A stretch of DNA of 32,000 nucleotides from Synechococcus elongatus PCC 6301 (GTDB taxonomy: Bacteria; Cyanobacteriota; Cyanobacteriia; Synechococcales; Synechococcaceae): assembly GCF_000010065.1 (NCBI RefSeq), contig NC_006576.1, positions 2,664,256 to 2,696,255 on the forward strand. Direction: 5' to 3'. The translations under genes were made by a program, and so were the position numbers. Every line of letters starts with the position of its first letter. Position 1 is the stretch's first letter. Shown here in pieces: positions 1-12,063 of this stretch. The notes beneath the pieces were generated by a model that saw only the letters and a program-made list of their open reading frames with translations, did not search any database and was not told the DNA's origin.

Positions 1-1286
1 CGTCGCACCGTCAGTTTGCCGCCCAGGGCTTGGAACAGGTTTTTGCTGACTTCCAATTTAAGGCTGAGGCTGCCGGTCTCGGGCTGTACCGTCAGCAGTT
101 GTCCTAGCGATCGCGGGGCCGTGCGCGGTTGTTCACTGGGGTCGCTCACCAGCTCTGTGGCCGTCAAGCGGAGTTTGAGTTGAGCGCCGGCTAAGCTCAC
201 TACAATTTCGATCCGGCTACCCGCTGGTAGGTTGCGGGTGAAACGCTCTACCAAACTGGTCAAGGCCTGATCGAGCATGGTGGGATCGCTGACCACGGCC
301 GGCATCCGTTCCGGCAACTGCAAATCGAGGGCTAAACTGCGGCGCTCTGCCTGTTTGCGCCAGCGCGGTACGGTTTCGGCAAACACCTCCGTCAGCGAGG
401 TTCGCGCCAGCAAGAGGGCTTGAGACTCGCGGTTTTCTAGCTCAACAGCCCGGAAGAAGAGACCAAAGCGATCGATTTGCTCTGAGCATTCCAAGTCGAT
501 CGCCTCTAGGCGCTTGCGGGCTTGGGCTGGCAGATCGACTCGCCGCAGCAACGATCGCGTCAGGGTGCGGATCGTGGCGAGAGGGGTCTTCACCTCATGG
601 GCGATCGCCTGCAAGAGTTCTAAATCGGCGCCGACGGTTGAACGGTCGGGGCGATCGCTGACCTCTTCGGTCGAGGGGCGATCGCTAGCGGCCACAGTCG
701 GCCATTGTTGGAGGACTGCCGCCCAAAAAGGCGCCCAAGTTTCCGCCACATTAGCCAGAGGCCGGAAGCGATGCAGGGCCCGAGCGAGTTCAGGCTGGAG
801 GGCAGGAAAGTGATGGGCAGTGTGCTGCGCCAGTAACCGCACTGCTTCTGCCAGAACTTCGGGGGTTTGGCTGAAATAACAGCTGGGCTGACTGGGATAG
901 GGGACCAAGATGACTAGAAAACTGAGGCGATCGCTCAGCACTAAGCAAAAGGGTTCTTGCAGCAGTGGATCGCCCAAGCTTAAGGGCAAGACCCGAGGCA
1001 AGGGCAGAGCGGCGGTGGGCTGGGTATTCCCTTGGGGCAACCCCAAACTCCCCTGCAAGCCTTCGGGCACCCAGAGCCAATGGTCTAGTCGTGATAAGTC
1101 ACTCAGGAACGGCAGGGGCGCCGTCAATACAACCCCCGTTTCAACCTCTGCCAGTTGCGATCGCAAAGCTTGCAGCATCGCCCACCAGGTTGGTTCTGCG
1201 GCACTACCGGCGATCGCCTGCAATTCTGCTGGCAGCAGCTGACTCAGCCCAGGAATTGTCGTTTCAATCAGTGGCGAAGATGGCAC
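1..1286 (-). CDS. Sensor histidine kinase-like protein, 3' end cut by window edge; catalytic domain looks degenerate
   Basis: Manual reverse-strand translation is open from about 1286 (GTG; TTG at 1292 is an alternative) to base 1. It contains an H-box-like 'LLQAIAHEVKTPLATIRTLTRSLLRR' and a C-terminal '...GSLSLKLEVSKNLFQALGGKLTVR' resembling the end of a HATPase domain. Confidence 0.8.
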   Translation of the reverse strand, partial: MPSSPLIETTIPGLSQLLPAELQAIAGSAAEPTWWAMLQALRSQLAEVETGVVLTAPLPFLSDLSRLDHWLWVPEGLQGSLGLPQGNTQPTAALPLPRVLPLSLGDPLLQEPFCLVLSDRLSFLVILVPYPSQPSCYFSQTPEVLAEAVRLLAQHTAHHFPALQPELARALHRFRPLANVAETWAPFWAAVLQQWPTVAASDRPSTEEVSDRPDRSTVGADLELLQAIAHEVKTPLATIRTLTRSLLRRVDLPAQARKRLEAIDLECSEQIDRFGLFFRAVELENRESQALLLARTSLTEVFAETVPRWRKQAERRSLALDLQLPERMPAVVSDPTMLDQALTSLVERFTRNLPAGSRIEIVVSLAGAQLKLRLTATELVSDPSEQPRTAPRSLGQLLTVQPETGSLSLKLEVSKNLFQALGGKLTVR

Positions 1287-1596
1287 GCCCAAGAAGTTAC
1301 AAAGGTCCTTTGCCTAGGTCAAAAGGGGCGGTCAGCCCAGCCCTCCTTGAGCTTATCCCCTCTGTCATGCTGCCGCGATGATTCTACTGATTACGGTTGA
1401 AGTGATGGCTGGCGATCGCGAATCGATCTGGACTGCCGACTGTTCAAGGAGCATCAGGCACCGGAGCTACGGTCAAGCTGATCCGTCTGGAAAGACGCTC
1501 AACCCGAGAGAATAGGAAGGCTGTCGCGAAGACAGCTCGACTGGCAACTGGATTGGGTGCTCACCACCCGTCGCCCTGAGAGGTTGTAAGACCCGC

Positions 1597-3897
1597 TTGC
1601 TACGGCCCACTGCACAACAACAGGCTGTGATTGATCACGAGCAGGGACGCGCTGTTGTCGTGGCAGTGGCTGGTGCTGGCAAAACCACCACGATTGCGCG
1701 GCGGATTGGCCGCTTGGTGCATCAAGTGGAAGTACCGCCTGGGCGGATTCTGGCGACAACTTTTAACCGCTATGCCAGGGGGCAAATCCGCGAAAAGCTC
1801 AACCAGCTAGCGGTGCCTGTCGGTGTGGCGGTGCGGACTCTCCACGCGCTGGCGCAACAAATCCTCAAGTTGGAAGCCGATCCTTGGCCTTTGGCCGCCG
1901 ATGGGGAGATGCGACGGCTGTTCTACGACATGCAGTCGGCGATTCGCCAGGGACGGCTCGATCTGTCGCTGGATCTGAGCAGTCATGAGCAACGGCAAAT
2001 TGCAGACCTGAATGAGGAGAGCTTCCTCAACTATCTAGGCTATCTCAAGGGCGATCTGCGCTTCAGTGCTTGGCAATTTGAACAGCTACCAACCCATCTG
2101 CAAACGGTTGCCACGCTGGAAGTGTGGCCCGAGTCGCAACGCTGGCTCAACGTTTGTGTTGACGCCTTTGAGCAATGCCGCCAAGAGGCACGGTTGCGTA
2201 GTTTTGATGATCTGTTAGTCGATGCCTGCCGTTTGCTCTGTGCAGATATGGGGATTCGGGAGCGAGTGCGATCGCGCTTTGATTTCCTGATCGTTGATGA
2301 ATATCAAGACATCAATCGCGCCCAGAACCTGATTATTTCGGTTCTGGATGAAGCCCAGCAAAACTTGATGGTGGTTGGGGATGATGACCAGACAATCTAC
2401 GAATGGCGCGGTGCCCGTCCCCAGTTGATTTTGGATAAATTGCGCGATCGCCAGTGGGTGCAGTACACCCTCGATCGCAACTTTCGATCGCGCGCGCCCC
2501 AGCTCCTGCTGGCCAATGCCCTGATTCGCCACAATCGCCTGCGATCGCCCAAGCAATTGCAGGGAACAAAGGCTTGGCAACATCATTGCGAGTGGCGATC
2601 GTTTCCCTCAGGTTCCGATCAAGCAGCGGCGATTGCCGAGCAAATTCTCGAATACCGCGATCGCGGCAAGCCCTTGGCAGAAATGGTGATTTTGATTCGC
2701 ACCTATGCCCAAACACCGCTGATAGAACAACAACTGATTGCAGCGCAACTGCCCTACGTCATCCCTGGCAGTCAGCCTTTTTATCTGCGGCGAGAAGTCA
2801 AACTGCTGCTAGCTTACTTGGAGTTTGCCGAAGCAGAGCGCAACCGTGTTCAGAATGGTCTGACGCCAGCAACCCGCGATCGCTACGACCAGTTATTCCG
2901 CGAAACATCAAGTCGTCCGAGCCGCTACCTGAAACGACCGGAGCTGCTCTCGATGCTCCAAGAAGCCTTGGACAATCCCCATTTGCCCTTGGCCACGATC
3001 ATCAGTCAACGCTGTCGCGATCGCTTGGGCCGCAACCGATCGCTGCAACGCTGGTTGGATTACCTCGGCTGGGTCTTGGGGGCTCAACCCAGTTCTGCTG
3101 CTGCCGCGATCGCCAAAATTGAGCAGCTCATCGACCTGCGGCGCTGGATCATCGACAGCGATATCTCGCCGGAGAGCGGGGCCCAGAAAGCCTTGATTAT
3201 CGACGCCTTACAAGCCTTCGCGGGCGATCGTGCGGTTCAGAGTTGGCTGCAGGAAATGGCAGCATTGCAAGAGCAGCCTCCCTTGTCCGACGAAGCCAGC
3301 GGCGTCAATCTGCTGACAGTGTTCAAAGCCAAGGGGCTGGAGTGGGACACCGTTTTCATCCCCGACTTAGATGCCGGTATTTATCCTTTTGGCTCTAGTC
3401 GCGAGAGTGAATCTGGCCCCGGGCGCAACAGCTTCGACCCGCTTTCAGAAGTCGCCCTCGATCGCAGCTTGCAGGAAGAAGAGCGCCGCATTTTGTACGT
3501 GGCTTTAACGCGCTCGATCAACAATCTGCACCTGTCTTCTGCCACTAATCAGCGATCGCCTTTTTTGCAAGAAGCGCAAATCAGCAAGATCCAAACGCGC
3601 CTGCCACGATTGCGAGCCCTTGCGACTGGTCAACTCCAACAACTCAATGATCGCCAGCGCAATCAACTAATTCATATCGATCTCGCGTTCTGTGCCCAGC
3701 AACGTCTGCATGAAGTGTTGGTCACTAGCCTGCGCAAGCTGCCTCCCCCAGCGATCGCCCAGCACTGTCACACGGTTCAACAGTGGATTCAGGACGCCAT
3801 CGAGAGCGATCGCCCACCGCTGAAGTCTGATTTAATCCAGCAGTTTTGGGCTGAGATCACGGCTGAACTCAGTGCAGAGTTGATTAGTTCGCATTGA
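1597..3897 (+). CDS. UvrD/Rep/PcrA superfamily I DNA helicase (766 aa, TTG start)
   Basis: Q-motif-like 'LRPTAQQQAVI', Walker A 'AVAGAGKTTTIARRI', motif II 'FLIVDEYQDINRAQ', 'VVGDDDQTIYEWRGA', 'LLTVFKAKGLEWDTVFIPDL' and 'EEERRILYVALTRS'. Confidence 0.93.
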   Translation: MLRPTAQQQAVIDHEQGRAVVVAVAGAGKTTTIARRIGRLVHQVEVPPGRILATTFNRYARGQIREKLNQLAVPVGVAVRTLHALAQQILKLEADPWPLAADGEMRRLFYDMQSAIRQGRLDLSLDLSSHEQRQIADLNEESFLNYLGYLKGDLRFSAWQFEQLPTHLQTVATLEVWPESQRWLNVCVDAFEQCRQEARLRSFDDLLVDACRLLCADMGIRERVRSRFDFLIVDEYQDINRAQNLIISVLDEAQQNLMVVGDDDQTIYEWRGARPQLILDKLRDRQWVQYTLDRNFRSRAPQLLLANALIRHNRLRSPKQLQGTKAWQHHCEWRSFPSGSDQAAAIAEQILEYRDRGKPLAEMVILIRTYAQTPLIEQQLIAAQLPYVIPGSQPFYLRREVKLLLAYLEFAEAERNRVQNGLTPATRDRYDQLFRETSSRPSRYLKRPELLSMLQEALDNPHLPLATIISQRCRDRLGRNRSLQRWLDYLGWVLGAQPSSAAAAIAKIEQLIDLRRWIIDSDISPESGAQKALIIDALQAFAGDRAVQSWLQEMAALQEQPPLSDEASGVNLLTVFKAKGLEWDTVFIPDLDAGIYPFGSSRESESGPGRNSFDPLSEVALDRSLQEEERRILYVALTRSINNLHLSSATNQRSPFLQEAQISKIQTRLPRLRALATGQLQQLNDRQRNQLIHIDLAFCAQQRLHEVLVTSLRKLPPPAIAQHCHTVQQWIQDAIESDRPPLKSDLIQQFWAEITAELSAELISSH

Positions 3898-3945
3898 TTG
3901 GGAAGGCGCAGCGGAACCCAGCAGCTCCGCAAGCGATCGCCCGTT

Positions 3946-5250
3946 CTAGCGATCCAAAGATTGCTGGCGCAGCCGCACCGATTCGGCGTGGGATTCCAGA
4001 CCCTCCGCCGTCGCCAGCACATCCACCGCTCGTGCCACCCGTTGCAAGGAAGCCGCTGTGTACTCAATCAGGCTGGAGGACTTGAGGAAGGTTTCCACAC
4101 TCAGGGCTGAGGCATAACGAGCGGCCCCGGAGGTTGGCAGGGTGTGGTTGGGCCCCGCCACATAGTCGCCGATCGCTTCTGGTGTTAGAGAACCAAGGAA
4201 GATCGCCCCCGCATGGCGAACCTGCTCCACCAGGGCCCATGGATCTTCGACTTCCAGTTCCAGGTGCTCGGGCGCAAACTGATTCGAGAGTTTGACCGCT
4301 GTCTCCAGCGAGTCCACCACAATCGCAAGGCCGTAGTGGGCGATCGCTTTTTCGGTGACCAATCGGCGCGGATGATCCTGCAGCTGCCGCTCAACTTCAA
4401 AGCCGACCTGCGTCGCTAGCTCCAGATCGGGCGTAATCAGAATTGCTGCGGCGAGCGGATCATGTTCGGCCTGCGCCAAGAGATCAGCTGCTACCCAGCG
4501 CGGATTAGCACTGCGATCGGCAATGATCAACACCTCAGATGGTCCGGCTAGGGAATCGATCCCGACGGTGCCGTAAACCAGTTTCTTAGCCAGCGTCACA
4601 TAGATGTTGCCGGGGCCGCTGATCACGTCGACTTTGGGAATCGTTGCGGTGCCGTAGGCCAAGGCTGCGATCGCCTGGGCTCCACCGACTCGGTAAATCT
4701 CTTCAATGCCCGCCTCTTGTGCAGCCACCAACACGGCCGGATTCAAGCTGCCATCAGGTCCTGGCGGCGTGGTGATCACAACCCGTTCGACCCCTGCAAC
4801 CTTGGCGGGAACCGCATTCATCAGCACAGTGCTGGGATAAGCAGCGCGCCCCCCCGGGACGTAGAGACCAGCGCGATCGACGGGGGTGTAGCGCTTGCCG
4901 AGGACTTCGCCATCAGCGCCAAACTGCACCCAGCTTTTGGGCACCCGCTGGCGGTGAAAGGCTTCAATTTGATGGTGGGCAAGACGAATCGCGTCGAGGA
5001 GCTCCTTCGGGATCTGCTGATAGGCCGCATCTAGCTCTGCGCCACTGACTCGCAGGTTCTCGGCCTGCAGTGCAAAACCATCAAATTCTTGGGTGAATTC
5101 AATCAGAGCGGCATCGCCGCGTCGCTGGACCGCTTGGACAATTTCCCGGACGCTCGCTTCGCGATGGACGACGGCATCATCATGGGTGCGATCGCAGATG
5201 CGCTCAAGTTCTGCCTGAGCTTCAGCGAGGTGAGAAACAATTCGCAGCAT
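3946..5250 (-). CDS. hisD: Histidinol dehydrogenase; the ORF extends to 5283 but MLRIVSHLAE at 5250 is the likelier start
   Basis: 'DRAGLYVPGGRAAYPSTVLMNAVPAKVAGV', 'GGAQAIAALAYGTATIPKVDVISGPGNIYVTLAKK', 'GIDSLAGPSEVLIIAD' and 'GPNHTLPTSGAARYASALSVETFLK'. Confidence 0.96.
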   Translation of the reverse strand: MLRIVSHLAEAQAELERICDRTHDDAVVHREASVREIVQAVQRRGDAALIEFTQEFDGFALQAENLRVSGAELDAAYQQIPKELLDAIRLAHHQIEAFHRQRVPKSWVQFGADGEVLGKRYTPVDRAGLYVPGGRAAYPSTVLMNAVPAKVAGVERVVITTPPGPDGSLNPAVLVAAQEAGIEEIYRVGGAQAIAALAYGTATIPKVDVISGPGNIYVTLAKKLVYGTVGIDSLAGPSEVLIIADRSANPRWVAADLLAQAEHDPLAAAILITPDLELATQVGFEVERQLQDHPRRLVTEKAIAHYGLAIVVDSLETAVKLSNQFAPEHLELEVEDPWALVEQVRHAGAIFLGSLTPEAIGDYVAGPNHTLPTSGAARYASALSVETFLKSSSLIEYTAASLQRVARAVDVLATAEGLESHAESVRLRQQSLDR

Positions 5251-5455
5251 GACCCCATCCAGCAGCGGAACCCAGAATGACAAGGGCTCTCGAAGGACGA
5301 AACAGTCCTAAACCTTGAGCCCGAAAGTCCTTTCAGCTTATCGCGAGTCCCGATTGGGCGGCTCTGTTGCAGCCGAACTGCGAGATCAGCAGAATTGTAT
5401 GAAACCTGATATGATCGTTGACTGTGCGATCTACAACAGACGGATTTTCTGAGCT

Positions 5456-5752
5456 GTGGCTAATATCAAGTCTGCCATCAAACGTGTCCAGATCGCGGAG
5501 CGCAACCGCCTCCGCAACAAGGCCTACAAGTCAGCAGTTAAAACGCTGGTCAAACACTGCTTTACGGCCTTCGACGCCTATGCGGCAGACCCCAACGAAA
5601 CGGCCCGCCAAGCAGTGAACGAACGCCTCTCGGCGGCCTACAGCAAAATCGACAAAGCAGTGAAGCGCGGCGTCTTGCATGCCAATACCGGTGCGCGTAA
5701 AAAAGCTCGCCTTGCTAAAGCCTTCCACCTGAAGGTTGACCCCCAGGCCTAG
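5456..5752 (+). CDS. rpsT: 30S ribosomal protein S20 (98 aa, GTG start)
   Basis: '[36 protein letters not shown]...' is typical S20. Confidence 0.96.
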   Translation: MANIKSAIKRVQIAERNRLRNKAYKSAVKTLVKHCFTAFDAYAADPNETARQAVNERLSAAYSKIDKAVKRGVLHANTGARKKARLAKAFHLKVDPQA

Positions 5753-5818
5753 ACTGCGATCGACCCTCACTGTAGGGCTATTGCTGTTCACTGTTGCTGG
5801 GATTGTCGACCTCACTCA

Positions 5819-6616
5819 ATGCAGCTCGTCGATACTCACGTTCACCTCAATTTCGACTGCTTCGCGGCAGAACTCGATGCCGTAGCAGACCAATGGCGCC
5901 AAGCGGGTGTAGCTCGCTTGGTGCATTCCTGTGTCACGCCGGCGGAATTTCCGGAACTCCAAGCCATCGCCGATCGCTTCCCGGAAGTGTCGTTGGCGGT
6001 GGGCCTGCATCCCCTTGATGTAGAGCTTTGGCAGGATGGCACGGCAACTGAAATTGAAGCGTTAGCGCGGTCTGATCAACGAGTCGTGGCGATCGGCGAA
6101 ACGGGTTTGGACTTTTTCAAGTCCGAAGACCATGTGCGTCAATACGCCGCTGTAGAAGCCCAGTTGGCGATCGCGCGATCGCTGGATCTGCCGGTAATTT
6201 TGCATTGCCGAGAGGCGGCTGCCGCCATGGCGGCTGTTTTGCGATCGCAGCAGTCTCAGCCCGGTACCCTGCGAGGGGTGATGCATTGCTGGGGCGGCAC
6301 GCCGGAGGAAACCCGCTGGTTTCTCGATCTTGGCTTCTACGTCAGCTTCAGTGGCACCCTCACCTTTGGCAAAGCAGAGACAATTCGCGACTCTGCCCGC
6401 CTTGTCCCCAGCGATCGCCTACTGATTGAAACGGATTGCCCGTCTCTTGCGCCGGTTCCCAAACGGGGCAAGCGCAACGAACCCGCTTTCGTCCAGCATG
6501 TGGCGGCTCGTATGTCTGAAGTTCGCTCTGAACCCCTTGAGGCGATCGCGGCAACCACCACCCGCAACGCCTTCGACCTGTTCCGTTTACCGACCGCTCT
6601 ACCGCAAGTTGCTTAA
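5819..6616 (+). CDS. tatD: TatD family metal-dependent hydrolase/DNase
   Basis: '[10 protein letters not shown]', '[11 protein letters not shown]', 'PVILHCREA', 'GVMHCWGG' and '[29 protein letters not shown]'. Confidence 0.93.
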   Translation: MQLVDTHVHLNFDCFAAELDAVADQWRQAGVARLVHSCVTPAEFPELQAIADRFPEVSLAVGLHPLDVELWQDGTATEIEALARSDQRVVAIGETGLDFFKSEDHVRQYAAVEAQLAIARSLDLPVILHCREAAAAMAAVLRSQQSQPGTLRGVMHCWGGTPEETRWFLDLGFYVSFSGTLTFGKAETIRDSARLVPSDRLLIETDCPSLAPVPKRGKRNEPAFVQHVAARMSEVRSEPLEAIAATTTRNAFDLFRLPTALPQVA

Positions 6617-6698
6617 ATTCTTAAGCGATCGGCAAGGGTTGTCAAAGACCGTTACAATTGTAGATTCGCGCTTCGGCGCTAAACGACCGAGGAGACGC

Positions 6699-9600
6699 AT
6701 GGCTGAGCAAACGCAACTCGCTCCCGCTGCCTTCCATTTACCTGATCTCGTTGCCATTCAACGGAACAGCTTCCGTTGGTTCCTAGAAGAAGGGCTCATT
6801 GAGGAGCTGGAAAGCTTTTCACCAATCACCGACTATACCGGTAAGCTTGAGCTTCACTTCCTCGGTAAGCAGTATAAGCTCAAGCGCCCGAAGTACGACG
6901 TTGATGAAGCAAAACGGCGTGACGGCACCTACTCGGTTCAAATGTATGTGCCGACCCGTTTGATCAACAAAGAAACGGGCGAAATCAAGGAGCAGGAAGT
7001 CTTTATTGGCGATCTGCCCCTGATGACTGATCGCGGCACCTTCATCATCAACGGTGCCGAACGGGTGATCGTCAACCAGATCGTCCGTAGCCCCGGCGTC
7101 TACTACAAATCAGAGCGCGACAAGAACGGTCGCCTCACCCACAATGCCAGCCTGATCCCCAACCGTGGCGCTTGGCTGAAATTTGAAACCGATAAAAACG
7201 GTTTAGTTTGGGTGCGCATCGACAAGACGCGTAAGTTGTCGGCGCAGGTACTGCTGAAAGCCTTGGGCCTGAGCGACAACGAAATTTACGACAAGCTCCG
7301 TCACCCTGAGTATTACCAGAAGACCATCGATAAAGAAGGTCAGTTCAGCGAAGACGAAGCGCTGATGGAGCTCTACCGCAAGCTCCGTCCGGGCGAACCG
7401 CCCACGGTCTCTGGCGGTCAGCAATTGCTGGAATCGCGGTTCTTCGATCCCAAACGCTACGACCTAGGTCGGGTGGGCCGCTACAAGCTCAATAAGAAGC
7501 TGGGTCTCAACGTCGCTGATACGGTGCGGACGCTGACATCCGAAGATATTTTGGCGGCGATCGACTACCTGATTAACCTCGAGCTTGACTTGGGTGGCTG
7601 TGAAGTCGATGACATCGACCACCTCGGCAACCGTCGGGTGCGATCGGTGGGCGAGCTGCTGCAAAACCAAGTGCGGGTCGGCCTCAACCGCCTAGAGCGG
7701 ATCATTCGGGAACGGATGACGGTGTCGGATTCCGACAGTCTTTCGCCGGCTTCCTTGGTCAACCCCAAACCGCTGGTGGCTGCGATCAAAGAATTCTTTG
7801 GTTCCTCGCAACTCTCGCAGTTCATGGACCAAACCAACCCCTTGGCGGAGTTGACCCATAAACGACGTCTGAGTGCCCTCGGTCCCGGTGGTTTGACACG
7901 GGAGCGGGCTGGCTTTGCGGTGCGGGACATTCACCCCAGCCACTACGGCCGGATTTGCCCGATTGAAACGCCGGAAGGCCCGAACGCGGGTCTGATTGGT
8001 TCCTTAGCGACCCACGCCCGCGTCAACGACTACGGCTTTATTGAAACGCCGTTCTGGCGCGTCGAAGAAGGACGGGTTCGCAAGGACTTGGCGCCGGTCT
8101 ACATGACTGCTGACCAGGAAGATGACCTGCGGGTGGCTCCGGGAGACGTGGCTACGGATGACGCGGGCTACATCCTGGGAACCACAATTCCGGTACGTTA
8201 TCGCCAGGACTTCACCACCACGACGCCGGAGCGGGTGGACTACGTTGCGCTCTCGCCGGTGCAGATTATCTCGGTGGCAACGTCGTTGATTCCTTTCTTG
8301 GAACACGATGACGCCAACCGTGCCCTGATGAGCTCGAACATGCAACGGCAGGCGGTGCCGCTGTTGCGGCCAGAGCGGCCTTTGGTCGGGACGGGTCTGG
8401 AGCCCCAAGCGGCCCGTGACTCAGGGATGGTGATCACCAGCCCGGTCGATGGCACGATCTCCTACGTCGATGCCACCCACATTGAGGTGACGGCTGACAC
8501 AGGTGAGAAGTATGGCTACGCCCTACAGAAGTACCAGCGCTCCAACCAAGATACTTGTCTGAACCAACGGCCGATCGTGTTTGAAGGCGATCGCGGTCAA
8601 CGGGGTCAGGTGATTGCTGACGGTTCTGCCACCGAAAAAGGTGAGCTGGCCCTGGGGCAAAACATCCTCGTCGCCTACATGCCTTGGGAAGGCTACAACT
8701 ACGAGGACGCGATTCTGATCAGCGAGCGGCTGGTCTATGACGACGTCTATACCTCGATCCACATTGAAAAATTCGAGATTGAGGCGCGTCAGACCAAGTT
8801 AGGCCCTGAGGAGATTACCCGCGAAATTCCCAACGTTGGCGAAGATGCTCTGCGCCAACTCGACGAAAACGGGATTATCCGCGTCGGCGCATGGGTGGAG
8901 TCCGGTGACATCTTGGTTGGTAAGGTGACGCCCAAAGGCGAATCGGATCAGCCGCCAGAAGAGAAACTGCTGCGGGCAATCTTCGGTGAGAAAGCGCGGG
9001 ACGTCCGCGATAACTCCCTGCGGGTGCCGAATGGTGAGAAAGGCCGCGTTGTTGATGTGCGTCTCTTCACCCGTGAGCAGGGTGATGAGTTGCCGCCGGG
9101 CGCCAACATGGTTGTCCGGGTTTACGTGGCTCAGAAACGCAAGATCCAAGTCGGCGACAAGATGGCGGGTCGCCACGGCAACAAGGGGATCATTTCGCGG
9201 ATTCTGCCCTGCGAAGACATGCCTTACCTGCCGGATGGCACGCCGCTAGACATCGTGCTCAATCCCTTGGGTGTACCCTCGCGGATGAACGTCGGTCAGG
9301 TGTTTGAGTGCATGCTGGGCTGGGCGGGTCAGCTGCTAGATGCCCGCTTCAAGGTCACGCCCTTTGACGAGATGTACGGGGCGGAAGCCTCTCGCTTGAC
9401 TGTCAACGCCAAGCTGTCTGAAGCGCGGGAGCAAACAGGTCAGCCCTGGGTCTTTAGCGATGATGAACCCGGCAAGATCCAGGTCTACGACGGTCGGACA
9501 GGGGAACCCTTCGATCGCCCAGTGACGGTGGGTCGTGCCTACATGCTTAAGCTGGTTCACTTGGTCGACGACAAGATCCACGCTCGCTCGACAGGTCCCT

Positions 9601-10001
9601 ACTCCTTGGTGACCCAACAACCCTTGGGTGGTAAAGCCCAACAAGGGGGTCAGCGCTTCGGGGAGATGGAAGTTTGGGCACTGGAAGCCTACGGTGCTGC
9701 CTACATCCTGCAAGAGTTGCTGACGGTCAAGTCGGACGACATGCAAGGGCGGAATGAAGCTCTCAATGCGATCGTTAAGGGCAAAGCGATTCCTCGCCCC
9801 GGCACACCAGAGTCTTTCAAGGTGTTGATGCGAGAGCTGCAGTCGCTCTGTCTCGACATTGCGGTCTACAAGGCCTCAACCGAGGACTATGAAGAAGACA
9901 AAGAAGTGGATCTGATGGCGGATGTCAACCAGCGTCGGACTCCCTCGCGCCCGACCTACGAGTCGATGTCTGTGGGCGACATTGATGACGATGACGACTA
10001 A
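6699..10001 (+). CDS. rpoB: DNA-directed RNA polymerase subunit beta (1100 aa from ATG at 6699; the longer ORF from 6426 overlaps tatD)
   Basis: '[32 protein letters not shown]', '[49 protein letters not shown]' and '[38 protein letters not shown]'. Confidence 0.98.
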   Translation: MAEQTQLAPAAFHLPDLVAIQRNSFRWFLEEGLIEELESFSPITDYTGKLELHFLGKQYKLKRPKYDVDEAKRRDGTYSVQMYVPTRLINKETGEIKEQEVFIGDLPLMTDRGTFIINGAERVIVNQIVRSPGVYYKSERDKNGRLTHNASLIPNRGAWLKFETDKNGLVWVRIDKTRKLSAQVLLKALGLSDNEIYDKLRHPEYYQKTIDKEGQFSEDEALMELYRKLRPGEPPTVSGGQQLLESRFFDPKRYDLGRVGRYKLNKKLGLNVADTVRTLTSEDILAAIDYLINLELDLGGCEVDDIDHLGNRRVRSVGELLQNQVRVGLNRLERIIRERMTVSDSDSLSPASLVNPKPLVAAIKEFFGSSQLSQFMDQTNPLAELTHKRRLSALGPGGLTRERAGFAVRDIHPSHYGRICPIETPEGPNAGLIGSLATHARVNDYGFIETPFWRVEEGRVRKDLAPVYMTADQEDDLRVAPGDVATDDAGYILGTTIPVRYRQDFTTTTPERVDYVALSPVQIISVATSLIPFLEHDDANRALMSSNMQRQAVPLLRPERPLVGTGLEPQAARDSGMVITSPVDGTISYVDATHIEVTADTGEKYGYALQKYQRSNQDTCLNQRPIVFEGDRGQRGQVIADGSATEKGELALGQNILVAYMPWEGYNYEDAILISERLVYDDVYTSIHIEKFEIEARQTKLGPEEITREIPNVGEDALRQLDENGIIRVGAWVESGDILVGKVTPKGESDQPPEEKLLRAIFGEKARDVRDNSLRVPNGEKGRVVDVRLFTREQGDELPPGANMVVRVYVAQKRKIQVGDKMAGRHGNKGIISRILPCEDMPYLPDGTPLDIVLNPLGVPSRMNVGQVFECMLGWAGQLLDARFKVTPFDEMYGAEASRLTVNAKLSEAREQTGQPWVFSDDEPGKIQVYDGRTGEPFDRPVTVGRAYMLKLVHLVDDKIHARSTGPYSLVTQQPLGGKAQQGGQRFGEMEVWALEAYGAAYILQELLTVKSDDMQGRNEALNAIVKGKAIPRPGTPESFKVLMRELQSLCLDIAVYKASTEDYEEDKEVDLMADVNQRRTPSRPTYESMSVGDIDDDDD

Positions 10002-10119
10002 GTCGTAAGTGATCGCGGGATGGTTTTGAAGTCAGGGCCATCCCCTTGCTAGCGGCGATCGATCGCTAGCCAAGATTGAGCCAAAGCAGTCTGCAAGCAA
10101 TTTCGCGAAGAGGGTCAAG

Positions 10120-11994
10120 ATGGCGAAGCAGGAACAGCGGTTTGACTACGTCAAGATCGCACTTGCCTCACCGGAGCGTATCCGGCAGTGGGGTGAGCGC
10201 ACGCTGCCCAATGGTCAAGTAGTCGGTGAAGTCACCAAGCCTGAAACCATCAACTATCGGACACTGAAGCCGGAGATGGACGGGCTGTTTTGCGAAAAAA
10301 TCTTTGGTCCTGCGAAGGACTGGGAATGCCACTGCGGTAAGTACAAACGTGTTCAGCACCGCGGCATTGTCTGCGAGCGTTGTGGCGTGGAAGTCACCGA
10401 ACCACGGGTGCGACGGCACCGTATGGGCTTCATTAAACTGGCTGCTCCGGTTGCCCACGTTTGGTACCTCAAAGGCATCCCGAGCTACATCGCGATTCTG
10501 CTCGACATGCCCCTGCGAGACGTTGAGCAAATCGTCTATTTCAACTCCTACGTCGTCCTCAACCCAGACAACCACAGCGAGCTGCAGTACAAGCAGCTAC
10601 TGAACGAAGACCAGTGGATGGAGATCGAGGACCAAATCTACGCTGAGGAATCTGACCTCGAAGGTATTGAGGTTGGCATCGGTGCAGAAGCCCTGCAACA
10701 GTTGCTGCAGGATTTGAACCTCAATGAAGAGTCGGAAAAACTCCGTCAAGAGATTGCTGAGTCGAAGGGCCAAAAACGGGCCAAGTTAATCAAACGCCTG
10801 CGTGTGATTGATAACTTCATTGGCACAGAGTCTCGGCCCGAGTGGATGGTGCTGAATGTCATCCCGGTGATCCCTCCCGATCTCCGCCCGATGGTGCAGT
10901 TGGATGGTGGCCGCTTTGCCACCAGTGACCTCAACGATCTCTACCGTCGGGTGATCAACCGGAATAACCGGTTAGCGCGTCTGCAGGAGATTCTCGCACC
11001 TGAGATTATCGTCCGTAACGAAAAACGGATGTTGCAGGAAGCAGTAGACGCTCTGATCGACAACGGTCGTCGTGGCCGTACGGTCGTCGGTGCCAACAAC
11101 CGACCCCTCAAGTCCCTCTCGGACATCATCGAAGGGAAACAGGGTCGCTTCCGGCAAAACTTGCTGGGTAAACGGGTTGATTACTCCGGTCGGTCGGTCA
11201 TCGTCGTCGGCCCCAACCTGAAAATTCACCAGTGTGGTCTGCCACGGGAAATGGCGATCGAGCTGTTCCAGCCGTTTGTTATCCATCGCCTGATCAAAAA
11301 TCACAGCATCAACAACATCAAGCAGGCCAAAAAACTCATTCAGAAGAACGATCCCTTGATTTGGGATGTCTTGGAAGAGGTGATTGAAGGCCACCCTGTG
11401 ATGCTGAACCGGGCCCCGACGCTGCACCGTTTGGGGATTCAAGCCTTCGAACCGATCTTGGTAGAAGGCCGTGCGATCCAGCTTCATCCCTTGGTCTGTC
11501 CAGCGTTTAACGCTGACTTTGATGGTGACCAAATGGCGGTTCACGTCCCCCTCTCGATTGAAGCCCAGGCTGAAGCTCGTATGCTGATGCTGGCTTCGGG
11601 CAACATTCTGTCGCCGGCAACGGGGCAACCCATTGTCACGCCGTCCCAGGATATGGTCTTGGGCTGCTACTACTTGACCGCCGAGAATCCTGGTGCTCAG
11701 AAAGGGGCTGGACGCTACTTTGCCAACCTCGAAGATGCCATCCGCGCCTTTGAGCAGGGCTCTGTCGATCTTCATGCCTGGGTCTGGGTGCGCTTTGATG
11801 GCGAAGTGGAAAGCGAGGGTGAAAGCGACGAACCGGAGTCGGTGGTCGCAGCCGATGATGGCACGGTCACCAAGACCTATCGTTTCCGCCGAATTCGCGA
11901 GACTGAAGACGGGCAGCGTCTCTCCCAGTACGTGAAAACAGCGCCCGGTCGCATTCTCTTCAACAACACTGTTCAGACTGCGTTGATCCACTAG
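10120..11994 (+). CDS. rpoC1: DNA-directed RNA polymerase subunit gamma (RpoC1, 624 aa)
   Basis: Beta' N-terminal half: '[52 protein letters not shown]', '[26 protein letters not shown]' and the catalytic '[16 protein letters not shown]'. Confidence 0.98.
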   Translation: MAKQEQRFDYVKIALASPERIRQWGERTLPNGQVVGEVTKPETINYRTLKPEMDGLFCEKIFGPAKDWECHCGKYKRVQHRGIVCERCGVEVTEPRVRRHRMGFIKLAAPVAHVWYLKGIPSYIAILLDMPLRDVEQIVYFNSYVVLNPDNHSELQYKQLLNEDQWMEIEDQIYAEESDLEGIEVGIGAEALQQLLQDLNLNEESEKLRQEIAESKGQKRAKLIKRLRVIDNFIGTESRPEWMVLNVIPVIPPDLRPMVQLDGGRFATSDLNDLYRRVINRNNRLARLQEILAPEIIVRNEKRMLQEAVDALIDNGRRGRTVVGANNRPLKSLSDIIEGKQGRFRQNLLGKRVDYSGRSVIVVGPNLKIHQCGLPREMAIELFQPFVIHRLIKNHSINNIKQAKKLIQKNDPLIWDVLEEVIEGHPVMLNRAPTLHRLGIQAFEPILVEGRAIQLHPLVCPAFNADFDGDQMAVHVPLSIEAQAEARMLMLASGNILSPATGQPIVTPSQDMVLGCYYLTAENPGAQKGAGRYFANLEDAIRAFEQGSVDLHAWVWVRFDGEVESEGESDEPESVVAADDGTVTKTYRFRRIRETEDGQRLSQYVKTAPGRILFNNTVQTALIH

Positions 11995-12063
11995 CGTTGA
12001 GCGGCCTGCCGCCAGGTCGCTGAAGTTTCAAGTTGTCTTGTCCCCGAGCACTACGAAAGAACA

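Noticed and set aside
1380-1596. Possible structured RNA between the divergent kinase-like and helicase genes
   Set aside because: I looked for tRNA, SRP or 6S-like signatures and found no consistent fold or conserved motif by eye.
2454-3122. 222-aa plus-strand ORF inside the helicase gene
   Set aside because: Alternate-frame ORF within a gene with clear UvrD motifs; no recognisable signature.
6426-6698. N-terminal extension of RpoB in the ORF track
   Set aside because: It overlaps the tatD 3' end. The conventional RpoB start [17 protein letters not shown] is at 6699, preceded by GGAG.
10972-11991. 339-aa reverse-strand ORF opposite rpoC1
   Set aside because: Antisense to conserved rpoC1 and not protein-like in composition.
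9984-12063. rpoC split into two genes as a possible frameshift or novel arrangement
   Set aside because: The rpoC1/rpoC2 split is the normal state in cyanobacteria and plastids.
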